DNA of 63,038 nucleotides, filler included, from Basidiobolus ranarum (lineage: Eukaryota): assembly GCA_040143965.1 (NCBI GenBank). It is 22 parts of 22 records of this genome, joined end to end, with 100 filler letters (N's around TTAATTAATTAA, not from the genome) between each part and the next. Parts side by side here need not be neighbours in the genome. Positions count along the whole stretch, not along the records: positions 48,853 to 51,611 come from JASJQH010009875.1; positions 51,712 to 54,469 come from JASJQH010009876.1; positions 54,570 to 57,326 come from JASJQH010009877.1; positions 57,427 to 60,183 come from JASJQH010009878.1; positions 60,284 to 63,038 come from JASJQH010009879.1; 17 more parts are not named here. One strand, written 5' to 3'. Below, one piece after another: positions 50,012-60,897 of the stretch. How positions within the stretch are numbered: position 1 is the stretch's first letter; each line of letters starts with the position of its first letter. The notes below the pieces were generated by a model, which did not search any database, was not told the origin of the DNA, and worked only from the letters and a program-made list of their open reading frames with translations. The position numbers and the translations under genes are program-made.

Positions 50012-51072
50012 ATGTTCACAAGATCTCGGAAAGATTCCTCGTTGCTAAGTAGTAGAGGACTGGAGATTGACGTCCAAAAAGATGTCCTAACCATGTATGG
50101 TGCCTCAAATGAATCCGTAGGTTGTGTTTTACGCGGCACATTGAGATTCCATCTGATTGAGCCATTGAAAGTTAAATCCATAACGCTCAGATTCCTCGGA
50201 ACAGTAACACTTGGTGAAGGAGCTGGTATGTTTTCTTATTGCCGCTAGTTTCCCAAAAACTGTACTAACATGCTTTTTTAGAGTTCCAACAACAAGAAAT
50301 CAACCTCATCGATCACAAATGGACTTTCCTTGAGTCGGAGTCAGACTCTTACTTACTTGCTCCTTCTAATTACCGATATACTTTTGAGCTTCCTCTACCC
50401 GGAAATTTACCCGAGTCTGTGGAAGTTCCTCACGGAAGTGTCTGCTACAGACTTATGGCCACAGTGGAGCGCCCTTCCTTTCGAACCGATTTCAAAGCAG
50501 AGAAAACCGTTGATATACAACGCGCACCCTTACCATCGACTGATGAATATTTACAACCTACCATGATCTCTGGGATTTGGGAAGAGCGATTGGGATACTA
50601 TATCTCCACACCAGATACAATCTATACTGTTGGAGATACTTTCCCTGTAATGTTCAACTTATTATCACTAGATCCATACTTCTGTATGCTTAAAACAACG
50701 GTAGTTCTAAAAGAGTATATCACTTACAATGTAAAAAACTCTAACCCAATAATGAAGCATTACGACTTGAGTCGGACTAGCGTTATTGCCAACCAGAAAC
50801 AAGAATTATCTTGGGAAGGATCCTTAAATTTGGAGATTCCTAAACGGACTTTCTACGATTGCGAAACTGAATACATACGAGTTTGCCACAAATTCTTTGT
50901 CGAAATCGAAGTCATGGAGCCCACAGGTGAGGTTCAGGTTCTTCGAGTTCTACTGAAGGTTGGAGTTCAATCGAGTCTACAGAATGAATTGGCTCAATCC
51001 CCTCCCGAGTATAAGCCAATTACTAGTTTTTCCGATATGCCACCCCCACCGTACAATATCATTGTAGTTTAA
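50012..51072 (+). CDS. Alpha-arrestin (ART/Rod1/CreD-like ubiquitin-ligase adaptor); exons 50012-50225 and 50282-51072, 334 aa
   Basis: CVLRGTL...PLKVKSITLRFLG; HKWTFL; YTFELPLPGNLPESVE...GSVCYRLMATVERP; IRVCHK; C-terminal PY motifs PPEY and PPPY. Intron GTATGT..TACTAAC..TAG. Confidence 0.92.
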
Positions 51073-51711
51073 ACTCCTCTGCCATCTCTTACCTAACTTT
51101 AACACATTCTACCGCATCACTACTACCCTAGAGATGGTTTAGTACTTTGATTTTGCCGTCATCTTGTATATACATATTTGTTTCTTATAGTCCTTGAACA
51201 TTTCAATTTCATATTCGTCCTTCGAACCCTTCGTATATACATATCATCCATCAACAACAGTATATTACAGTATATTAATGTAAAGAAATGTCTATTTACC
51301 ACTTTCCTCAATTATGTAATGTATCTGTCTTGACGTTTTTGAGAATAAACACTACACTAGATTGCTATCATAAGATTCTTCAAGAACCATAGACCCATTC
51401 AAGTAGCACTGACTGGTCATTCAATTAAATATCTGTTGCCTGGTTATTAACCCACTTTCTTACCTACGAGCGGACCCAAATCTAAAAAGCCCATCACTAT
51501 TGTGTTCCACATCTATGTCCTCATCTGAGCAAGAGAATCCCCACTATTAAAGGATAAACTGATGCATTAACCATATCGGACTTGATCAGTCCCACGCTTT
51601 TATTAACGTTGNNNNNNNNNNNNNNNNNNNNNNNNNNNNNNNNNNNNNNNNNNNNTTAATTAATTAANNNNNNNNNNNNNNNNNNNNNNNNNNNNNNNNN
51701 NNNNNNNNNNN

Positions 51712-53310
51712 GCCTAATATAATGAAGTTTATACAAGTTATTTTGCTTAGCTCCAGAAGCTACGTAATTCCCTTTTTGATCCCTGATTGTACAGCCATTT
51801 TGATCAAAATTAAAGCTATATCTCTCAGATGTAGCTTTACTCACTGATAACAAATTTTTGCTATCCCAGGCACATATAGCACATTTTTCAGTGTCAAACA
51901 CATGTCCCCAGAGATGTCCCCAAGATCCACTTCAATTTCTCCCACTCCCAGAGCTTCTAGTGGCTGGTCATCTCCCATATAAACCTTCTTGTTTATGTCA
52001 GTTTTGAGTGTCTTAAACCAGTTTTTTTTATTAAAGAAATGTTGAGAGGCTCCAGAATCAATATACCACAACCTACTGTCTTTTTCAGAGGTCACTGATA
52101 GGGCAGAAATGATTAAAACTTCCTCTATGGTTGAAACCTGATTTGCTTGTTCTGACTTCTCATTCTTGTTGTAATTTCTTGATTTGCCATCTTTTATCTG
52201 GTATCCTGGTTTGTTTCAACCATAGCATAGACCAGGTTTCCTTCATTTGTAACTGTTGTACAAGCCAAAGCTATGTTTGCCAGCTCGAAAAAGAGCCACT
52301 CCCTCAGATTTTTTTTCCAAATTCTTACTTCTTAGATGTTGATCCAATAGCCTTACTACCACAAACTCCAAAGACAACTTGTCAGATCTTGTGTCCAAAG
52401 CTGTGACAAAGTTTGAATAATGTTCTGTTAGACTACTTAGAAGAGTCATAATAACATCTTCTTCCTGTAAAGTTGCACCAATAATTTCCAGTTGTTTTGC
52501 CAAAGATCTCACATTTGAAATATGAGTGACCATACTTTCAGACTTTTCCATCTTTATATTGAAGAATTTTTGTCTGAGAAAAAGTCTATTAGCAATACTC
52601 TTTGCTTCATAACACTCTTCCAATATAGTCCAAGCTTGATGGGAAGTCTTTGCATATTGAATATTCAAAAGTTGTATATCCTTCAAACTTTGACAAATGA
52701 CATTAAAGGCCTTCTTATCTCTTTTCTTTAAAGCTTCCAATAAAGCAGGGGCAGAAGGTTCTTTTTCATCTCCAGTGACTACATCCCAATACTCCCTGTC
52801 TTCCAGCATGATTTGCATCTTGAACTTCCAGAAATTGTTATTTTCTCCATCAAGCTTTTCAACACTTGAGTTAATAAGAGTGGTAGTAGTGGTTTCTGTC
52901 TTGCTGTAAAAGTTAGAACATGGGGCTCATGACCTATTAGAAAAATATGGGCTGTTTGGAGAAACTTTAGAAAAGTGGAGTTGTGAAGAGCTCTGTGAAA
53001 TAACTATTTATTGTCCAGAAATAAAGCATTTAATCATTTTGGTGGAAACACAGAAGACTAACACTGGGGTTGTGTTCAGAACATATGTGGGAGTAAAATG
53101 AGCTGTCTTTGAGGCTATTTGGATGCGTTTGAAATTTCCAATATGGAATTGCTAATTCTCACATTATTCACATATATATAATATATATTCCAATTTTCAG
53201 CTAAGTGATATTTGACTAAGTAATGTTAACTAACTTATATGTGATATATGAAGTAGTTAGGTGTATAAAGCTAGAGATAACAAATATGATAAAGTCAATA
53301 AACTTTAACA
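51712..53310 (-). mobile_element. Ty1/Copia element 5' half: LTR-C (53310-52935), PBS (52934-52923), gag, degenerate zinc knuckle and protease
   Basis: KLDGENNNFWKFKMQIMLEDREYWDVV (Copia gag N-terminus); UBN2-type gag; WYIDSGASQH; LKNVLYVPG/KNLLSVSK. Confidence 0.93.
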
Positions 53311-54305
53311 TAATGATTGGCATGACTGCAGAGATTGCAATATATGGTGAAGAAACATTTTTGAACATGGTTGGCCCAACTGCATGCCCATTATTGCAGC
53401 TGGGCATTGAAGCTTTCCAATGGTTGGGAAGAGTTCTCTTCTACTTGCATATTTTTGATCTTCAATCCAGGATTCTTTTTTGGACAGATTCCTGCTAAAT
53501 GTCCAGGAGCTCCACAATTGAGGCATAGATTCTCTTGCTGGCACTGATATTTCTCCTAAGTGCTTAGCTTTCTGAATCAGGTTCCATTGGGTCATCTGCT
53601 TGAGCTGTATTGTGTGTTTGATGGAAGGGAGGTCTGAAAGGAGATGAGGATGGAGAGAAGTAAGAAGCAAATTGGTTTGTTGTTTCCTTTCAAACAACCG
53701 GTTTTCACATTTAACTGCCTGATGGATTGCATCAGTCAAGGTCACTGGGTCAGCCATAGTGAGTAAAAGTTCCTTAATATTTACTTGGAGTCCACACTGG
53801 AATTGGTTTATCATGGCAGATTCTCCCCAATTGAGATCACAGGCAAGAAGGTGGAATTCTGCCGCATAAGTTGATGCAGGCTTTGACCCTTGTTTAAGTG
53901 CATGGAGCTTGATGGCTGAAGTTCTTTCCTTATCTGCATTTCTAAATGTGGCTTCCAACTCAGCAAGAAAGGCAAGGAAGTTAGTAAAAGTGGAGATTGA
54001 CTTTCCATCAAAGGAGCAAACAAAAATAGAGATGTTCCTGATAATAGTGTTCCCACTAGGCCTACTTTTGTTTGGTCAGAGGGGTAGCAATACAAATGTG
54101 ACTGGATGATGAGTTTTACTTGGTTAATAAGACCACAATAGTTTAGGTAAGTAGGATCAAATGTATTTGGTAAGGAGATCTTGGGTTCAGAAGCTAGATT
54201 TGAAGGATAGTTGGGTGGAGCTGGATTCTGTACTTGAGCAAGAGAAGTATATAGTTCTTGATTTTCTTGCTGAAGGTGAGTAAGAGCTTGCATGATATCT
54301 TCCAT
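53311..54305 (-). mobile_element. Ty3/Gypsy gag (Retrotrans_gag, PEG10/RTL-like), frameshifted
   Basis: EPKISLPNTFD; DQTKVGLVGTLLSG; LKQGSKPASTYAAEF..LA.DLNWGESAMINQFQCGL; zinc-knuckle remnant CLNCGAPGH. Confidence 0.88.
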
Positions 54306-54318
54306 TGTGGGGGCTGGT

Positions 54319-54469
54319 CCCTAACAGAAATTTGAGGATTGTTATCGTAGGAAAACCGTCACAATTTTAATCCATTTGGGATTGACCGTTTGCTTACCGT
54401 CATAAAATCGTTAAGTTAGATTTGATTTTAATCAATTTTTTCAGTTTCAGGAGTGAAATTTCAAGATCT
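54319..54469 (+). mobile_element. CACTA-family left terminus, CCCTAACAGAAATTTGAGG... (a copy that still retains CpGs)
   Basis: Reverse complement of 60745-60897; the homology stops exactly at CCCTAAC. Confidence 0.85.
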
Positions 54470-56394
54470 NNNNNNNNNNNNNNNNNNNNNNNNNNNNNNN
54501 NNNNNNNNNNNNNTTAATTAATTAANNNNNNNNNNNNNNNNNNNNNNNNNNNNNNNNNNNNNNNNNNNNGAATTAAATCTTAATTCCGAACTTAATTCCA
54601 AACCAAATTCGTATCTTGGTTCCAAATTTTTCTAAACTTTTTAAAAAATATTATTTTCTCTTTTCGAAACTTTTTCGTTCGCTTGTAATCAATAGGGTTG
54701 ATACTAAATAGGACAGACAGAATATTTTGGTCATTATATGGAAGTTTGTACTAGGCCAAGAATTGACCTCTTCACGTGATATTTATGCAAATTGTCTCAC
54801 AAACCTGGCTGCATAGACTTTGATCAATACCTCGGTAGGGTTATGAATCTCAGGGTTAGGTAAGTCACCAAAAGTATAATTATCAAAACTGGTGTATTTG
54901 TCAAAGAAGAGCGCTTTCATGTTTAATTCTTTTTGCTGGACGAAAAAGTTAAAGATATGTGGAGATTGTCTCGAAGCTTATATACTAGTTTGGTAAATCT
55001 ATTGACACTCGTAACAGCTGGCTAGTGACTCCTTTGCATGTAAAGGGTAAATGGTGTAATTGACTTTCCGGCAAGTGCTCATTACGTCAGCATTGCATCC
55101 AGAACCATTGATCTGGTGTGATTGACTTTCCACCAAGTTCTATATGGCGTGAATCTTAAATGATTGGTTAGTCTCTCAGTCATTGCAGATTGACATTCAC
55201 ACTTGCACTGGCAAAATTTGAAAATTCCGCAAGCATTTGTAGTAATCTGTAATCAAGTTCTCGGAGCTATATGCCGTGAATCTCAGATTGAAGGAATTGA
55301 GCATTCCGTGTTCCATTGGGAAATTACATGTAGTGCAGTTTTTTGCTCGCTGACTGAATATGTACGAAGTGCGAATGGCAACCTTTCAGGATGTGGCACT
55401 GAAATAGTAAAAAAAAACAATGTATCAAGCTCATCAATAATGCCCCAAACTTTCCCCCCTACTTTGCTAGCACTCTAGAAGTACGATGTGATGAATTTTT
55501 CTTCGTTAGCGTGATCATAAAAGATATCTTCAATTCATTATTTTTCATTTAATAACTTTTCAGGTAAACACCAAATATTTCTTTTGATTAACCTAAGCAT
55601 TTATTCCGTTACATGCTAACCGCCCTGTACCCATAGAATAGTTGCCATCTCCAAAAGTTCCTTGTATCACTCACTACATACTTTATCTTGGCACTTAGTT
55701 CGAGTCTGACTTTAATAATACTGCTACATATCATATATTGTTTTTATTTGATTTGGATAATGCAATTCCAAAATATGCTGGATACTTGATTCATACTTTG
55801 ACAATCAGTCCTTAATCTCTACAATTCTGGTTTCGTGAATATCAAGAGTAAAAGAAGACTAGATATACAACTTCTGGCACTACCATGCAACCTGAATAAA
55901 TCAAAGTTAAAGCCACCATACAGAAGTGCTAAATTATACTTTTCCTAATCATAAGGTGCATCATTCTAAAGCTATGAATGCAAGTTATTGGAAAGGTGCT
56001 ATCGCAAGTAAGTGTTAAAATATTCAAATTAAGCATCATTTATTTATTTATGTCTTATTTAGCATGGGGGATGAAAAGCACTACCACTTATGCTAGGCTG
56101 CTCTTTCGGTACAAGTGCAGAATCTTAGCAATTTGATTGGTCAAAATGGGCTAGGGTTATGATCAATTCAGTATGAATGCACGTTTCAGACTGCTTAGAC
56201 TGGGCCGCTCTCATGGTAAGAGAGCAGATTCTTAGTGATTCGATAGGACAAGCTGGATTCAGGTCACAATCATTTCAGTAACAATGCATATGCTATGAGT
56301 TTTCCTACTTTATTACTTGGTCATTGGCAGAAATACAAGTTATCTCTCATATATCCTTTGATAATTATCATTTGGATTAGTACTGATAGTAACT

Positions 56395-56900
56395 TTTGAA
56401 ATTGGCATCGTCTAAACACCTATATAGTCATATATAGCATGATACTTAGTTATCATAAATTGAATTAAGATACTGCCCATTATTCTCAATTGGAACTTAC
56501 CCAGAAGTTCACAGATATATGGACTTTTCAAAGAAGCCCCAAACTTTGCACACATGTTCTTGGGACCTTACCTGACATATTCTGCCTGTTAGTTTGATTA
56601 CATCTTGACAACACTATAGATGTCAACTGAATACTCATTAAATCAATAAGTGAAAACCACTATTTTCTCTAATGTGAAAAGCCACTTCTAACTGTTCAAG
56701 TATCTGGGAGCCTGTTGGAAGTGGTTTTTCACATTAGAGAAATTAGTAGTTTTCACTTATTGATTTATTGAGTGTTCAGTTGACTTTTATAGTTTTGTAG
56801 AGATCTACACAAACTAACATGTAGAATGTGCTAAGGAAGGCCCCAGGAGTATGCATGCAAAGTTTGGGGCTTCTGGCACACATTTGAATAATCTATATAT
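56395..56900. mobile_element. Two LTR-B copies abutting in inverted orientation
   Basis: The plus copy (56395-56692) abuts a minus copy that starts TGTTCAAGTATCTGGGAGCC. Confidence 0.75.
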
Positions 56901-57816
56901 CTTCAAGTTTTTAAGTCTCTGTCAGTATTCTTAGGGTTAGGGGTGTTGAAAAGCACCAGATGGTGTGGACTTCATTTAGCTTAAATACTAATCTAAACAA
57001 AGTGACAATCAAGACATCAATCTTTTGAGATATTGTGACAATAATAGATCATATCCACACTAAACCCGATAACCAATGTAATCAAGCTCAGAGGATGTAA
57101 ATATAGTGTTAAGGGGCAAAGGTGGTAAGCAGAAAGGAAGGTACTCAGTGCAAACCAGATGGACAATAGGACAAAAACCTGGAATAATGGGAATTAAGAA
57201 AGGTGTCTTGGAGGCAAGGTATTGCTTCCAAAGGTCTAGCTGGAAGTCTATAGCAACAATTTTAGGCTGTTTTGTTTCATGCAGCTGTAAAGCTAACTCA
57301 GAAACCAAAGGATCATCTTGTATCAANNNNNNNNNNNNNNNNNNNNNNNNNNNNNNNNNNNNNNNNNNNNTTAATTAATTAANNNNNNNNNNNNNNNNNN
57401 NNNNNNNNNNNNNNNNNNNNNNNNNNTGGATGTTTACTCTCATAATGAAAGAACATTCACAATTAACTGCATACTACGAAATTCACTCTTGTAATGAAGC
57501 CAAATTGACTTCACACAGTGAGTTCTGGAGATGGATGCAAGGATTCATGTGTATGGCTACTAACCTGTTGCGATGGGAGCGTTGGTGAGAGAGGTCGGAA
57601 CCTACTCAGAAAAAAAGTCTTAAATTAGAAAAAGCCAACCCCCTGGATAACAAAAATCTACTTGGTATGGCTTTCCATTTTGTAGTTGTATCGTATTTTT
57701 GCCACGGTCTAGACACTGACGTATGCAAATCAGATGATTTCACAATTGCTAGTAAATTATTGATTTATGTTTGATATAATAATGATTTTTTATTTATGGG
57801 ATCTAATGAGATCCAA

Positions 57817-58491
57817 TTATCCCAGGAATTCAGCAACTAGCAAAGCATCGACTACAGGTTTATCGCCCTTCCTAAAGGAAAACTCAACCTCAATCATCCT
57901 GGATTCATACGTCTCGGGATGATTCTCAATATATGCCTTATATTCAGGTGCTCCCGGATACAATACATTATCAGCGACAACTAAGGCCCCCTTTTGCATC
58001 CACTTCAACTCCTCGATGATTTTTAAATCTTGAACGTAGAGATCTTGCCAATGATCTATAAACACGAATTGCACTTCTTTCACGTCGTATTCTTGGAAGA
58101 AATTCTTACTAGTCGACTGGAACTCTCCCAAGACAATGGTAACTTTGGATGATAAGCCTGCATGTTCAATGATTTTGCCCGCTACTTCGGCGAATTCCGG
58201 GTTCAATTCAAACGAATAATAGTGCCCATTAGTCGGTAATTTATTGGCGAATCTAACCGCACTATACCCCAAATAGCCTCCTAACTCAACCATGACTTGG
58301 ACTGGCTGCTTGCTGATTAGATCGTCGATGACACTGCCTTTCTTGTTACCAATGTGCATGAGAGTATGGGTGTCGGCATACTGGTCAATGGCAGAGATAA
58401 CTGAAGAAGCATCGCCACGTGTGGAGTTAGACAACACAAAGTCCAGGTACCCTCCGGTGTCTGGTTTATAAACGGCAGATACTGATGACAT
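57817..58491 (-). CDS. Catechol O-methyltransferase-like SAM-dependent methyltransferase, intronless, 224 aa
   Basis: VISAIDQY...LMHIGNKKG; MVELGGYLGYSAVRFA; SFELNPEFA; VFIDHW..LY..DL; GALVVADNVLYPGAPEY. Confidence 0.93.
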   Translation of the reverse strand: MSSVSAVYKPDTGGYLDFVLSNSTRGDASSVISAIDQYADTHTLMHIGNKKGSVIDDLISKQPVQVMVELGGYLGYSAVRFANKLPTNGHYYSFELNPEFAEVAGKIIEHAGLSSKVTIVLGEFQSTSKNFFQEYDVKEVQFVFIDHWQDLYVQDLKIIEELKWMQKGALVVADNVLYPGAPEYKAYIENHPETYESRMIEVEFSFRKGDKPVVDALLVAEFLG

Positions 58492-59079
58492 AATAGCGAA
58501 GAGTATATGATCTTTTGTTAAAGCCGAGTAGTGCTATTTATACTTCATATGATGCTTTAACACGCGGTCAGTATTACCTAATTCACTAGTTGCTGGCTCT
58601 TCCGCAATCAATACTGGCCATCTTGCGTGTTTCTGAGTTAGTTAACGAAACAAGTTCGTCGTTTGAAGACTTGTTTAGCCAATGGCTTTCCAGTGAGTTG
58701 CATTGATTATATATAGATTGTGGTCGTTCAATACCAGCGTGTATGTTGACGTTATATAGTCTAATGACCACCATTCCATCATTCCACCATGGTAACTTAT
58801 CTGTTCATTAGGCTGCAATTGCGGAAAACTTGGTAGTGCAAGACATATGCAGCAGCGTCCGACGAGTCTATTGGTGTCCTGTTGAACTAGCAGCATTTGA
58901 GCCAGAAATGCCAGAGTATATTGAAATATTTTGTTTTGCCAAAAAATCCAAATATACTACTTGCACAAGAATCCTCCAAGTGAACCAGATATTATTCTAA
59001 CTTGGCATTTCATGTGAAGCTATACCAAAAATGACTTATTATTAATTTGAATGTTGATCTATAAATATCACAATTTACG

Positions 59080-60183
59080 TTAAAGTATTTTGGGACCCTT
59101 TCACAAGTGGTTTCGAGAACTAGAGAAATTGGTGGTTTTCACTTATTGATTTATTGAGTAGAAAGTTGACATTTATAGTTTTGTCAAGATGTGTGTATGC
59201 TGGCATGTATAATGCGTTAAGAAAGGTCCCAGGAGCACATGTGCAAAGCTTGGGGCTTCTAGCACAAGTTTGAAAAATCTATATACCTGAGAACTTCTAC
59301 GTTGGTCAAAATATTACAAGTATATTCCAATAGAGAATAATGGGTAATATCTTGGTTCAATATAGGATAAGTAAGTACTAAACTATGTATGACTATATAG
59401 GTGCTTAGACAATGGTAATTTTAACACTCTCCCTCAACTAAATAATTAGATACACCAATCCTAAGGAAGGTCTAAATTTCTCAAATTTCTGCCTAGCTAA
59501 TGGTTTGATTAATAAATCAGCAGTGACATTTTTGGCAGAAGAATAAGTTAATTAGCTTGTTCTCTATAATCTAACTGATAAAATGATATCCAATATTTAT
59601 ATGTGTTGGAGGATCTTGACATAATGGGGGTAGAGTTTGTATATTAGAGGCAACTTATGATAGTGTTTTTTTGATTACTTTATTCTTAAGCCACTTCCAA
59701 CAGGCTCCCCAATACTTTAACAGTTCTAACCATGATATGTTAAGGTATTTATCCAACAAACGTAGACTGTTGAGATTTATTATCTTTATTGTATTTGTTA
59801 TCTCTATCTTTATACTATTAAAGTATTTGGGAGCCTGTTGGAAGTGGTTTGGAGAATTAGAGGAATTGGTGGTTTTCACTTGTTGATTTATTGAGTAGAA
59901 AGCTGACATGTGTAGTTTTGTCAAGATATAAACAAACAAGCATGTAGAATGTGTTAAGGAAGGTCCCAGGAACATGTGTGCAAAGTTTGGGGCTTCCAGC
60001 ACAAGTTTGAAGAATCTATATATCTGAGAACTTCTAATTTGGTAAAAATATTCTAAGTAAATTCCAAATGAGAATAATGTATAATATCTTAGTGAATTAT
60101 AAGATAGCTAAGTACTAAGCTATATAAGACTATATAGGTGATTAGGCAAAGCTAATTTCAACACTCTCCCTCAGCTAAATAGG
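59080..60183 (-). mobile_element. Copia 3' ends: LTR-B copies preceded by PPT (GAGGGAGAG-TGTT), RNase H tail, and an LTR-C fragment at about 59768-59815
   Basis: Minus strand HINIGYHFI and ADLLIKPLARQKFEKFR; PPT-LTR junctions at about 59425 and 60163. Confidence 0.8.
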
Positions 60184-60283
60184 NNNNNNNNNNNNNNNNN
60201 NNNNNNNNNNNNNNNNNNNNNNNNNNNTTAATTAATTAANNNNNNNNNNNNNNNNNNNNNNNNNNNNNNNNNNNNNNNNNNNN

Positions 60284-60897
60284 TCAGTAGTGTCACACTA
60301 CAAGGATGTACAAAAATAGTCAAAGTGCTTGAGGAGTATTTTCAAAAGTATGAATGGAAAAATGCAGTGCAAGTATGCAGAAAGTGGCTTCAGATGAAGA
60401 ACATTCAACTTGCAATTCAGTATGGTGTTGACCATGCCAATATCTGGGATGAACTAAATGCAGAGTAGCACAATATTGCCAGGTATCTGCCAGATGACTG
60501 GAAGAATGTTGATTCAGCAACATTAATACAATGGTGGGCTTTGATGGAGATATTGACACAAGCTCATGTTGGGTATGAAGAACTCTATAAAAATATTCAG
60601 GAGAATATGTCAAAGAGACATAGGATTTCAAAAGTGACAAATTAGCTTTCAAGTGGTAATTGTGTAAAATTTGAGTTATGTTTTTTGCACATGTGTTGAT
60701 CCATAGTTCTCTGAGATTATAGCCAATCATGTGCATCTATTTTGCAAGATCCTGAAATTTCACTCCTGAAACTGAAAAAATTGATTAAAATGAAATCTAA
60801 CTTGACAATTTTATGATGGTATTTAAACCGTCAATCCCAAATGGATTAAAATTGTGATTGTTTTCTTACAATAACACTCCTCAGGTTTCTGTTAGGG
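60284..60897 (+). mobile_element. CACTA-family ORF2 3' end and left terminus ...TTTCTGTTAGGG
   Basis: Continues the ORF2 frame (QGCTKIVKVLEEYFQKYEWKNAVQVCRKW...QWWALMEIL); the terminus is shared with 27966 and 54319. Confidence 0.85.

Noticed and set aside
55040-55480. Imperfect direct repeats (TGGTGT.ATTGACTTTCC, TATATG.CGTGAATCT) and a 91-aa ORF
   Set aside because: Only two copies of each repeat, and no recognisable protein or element ends.
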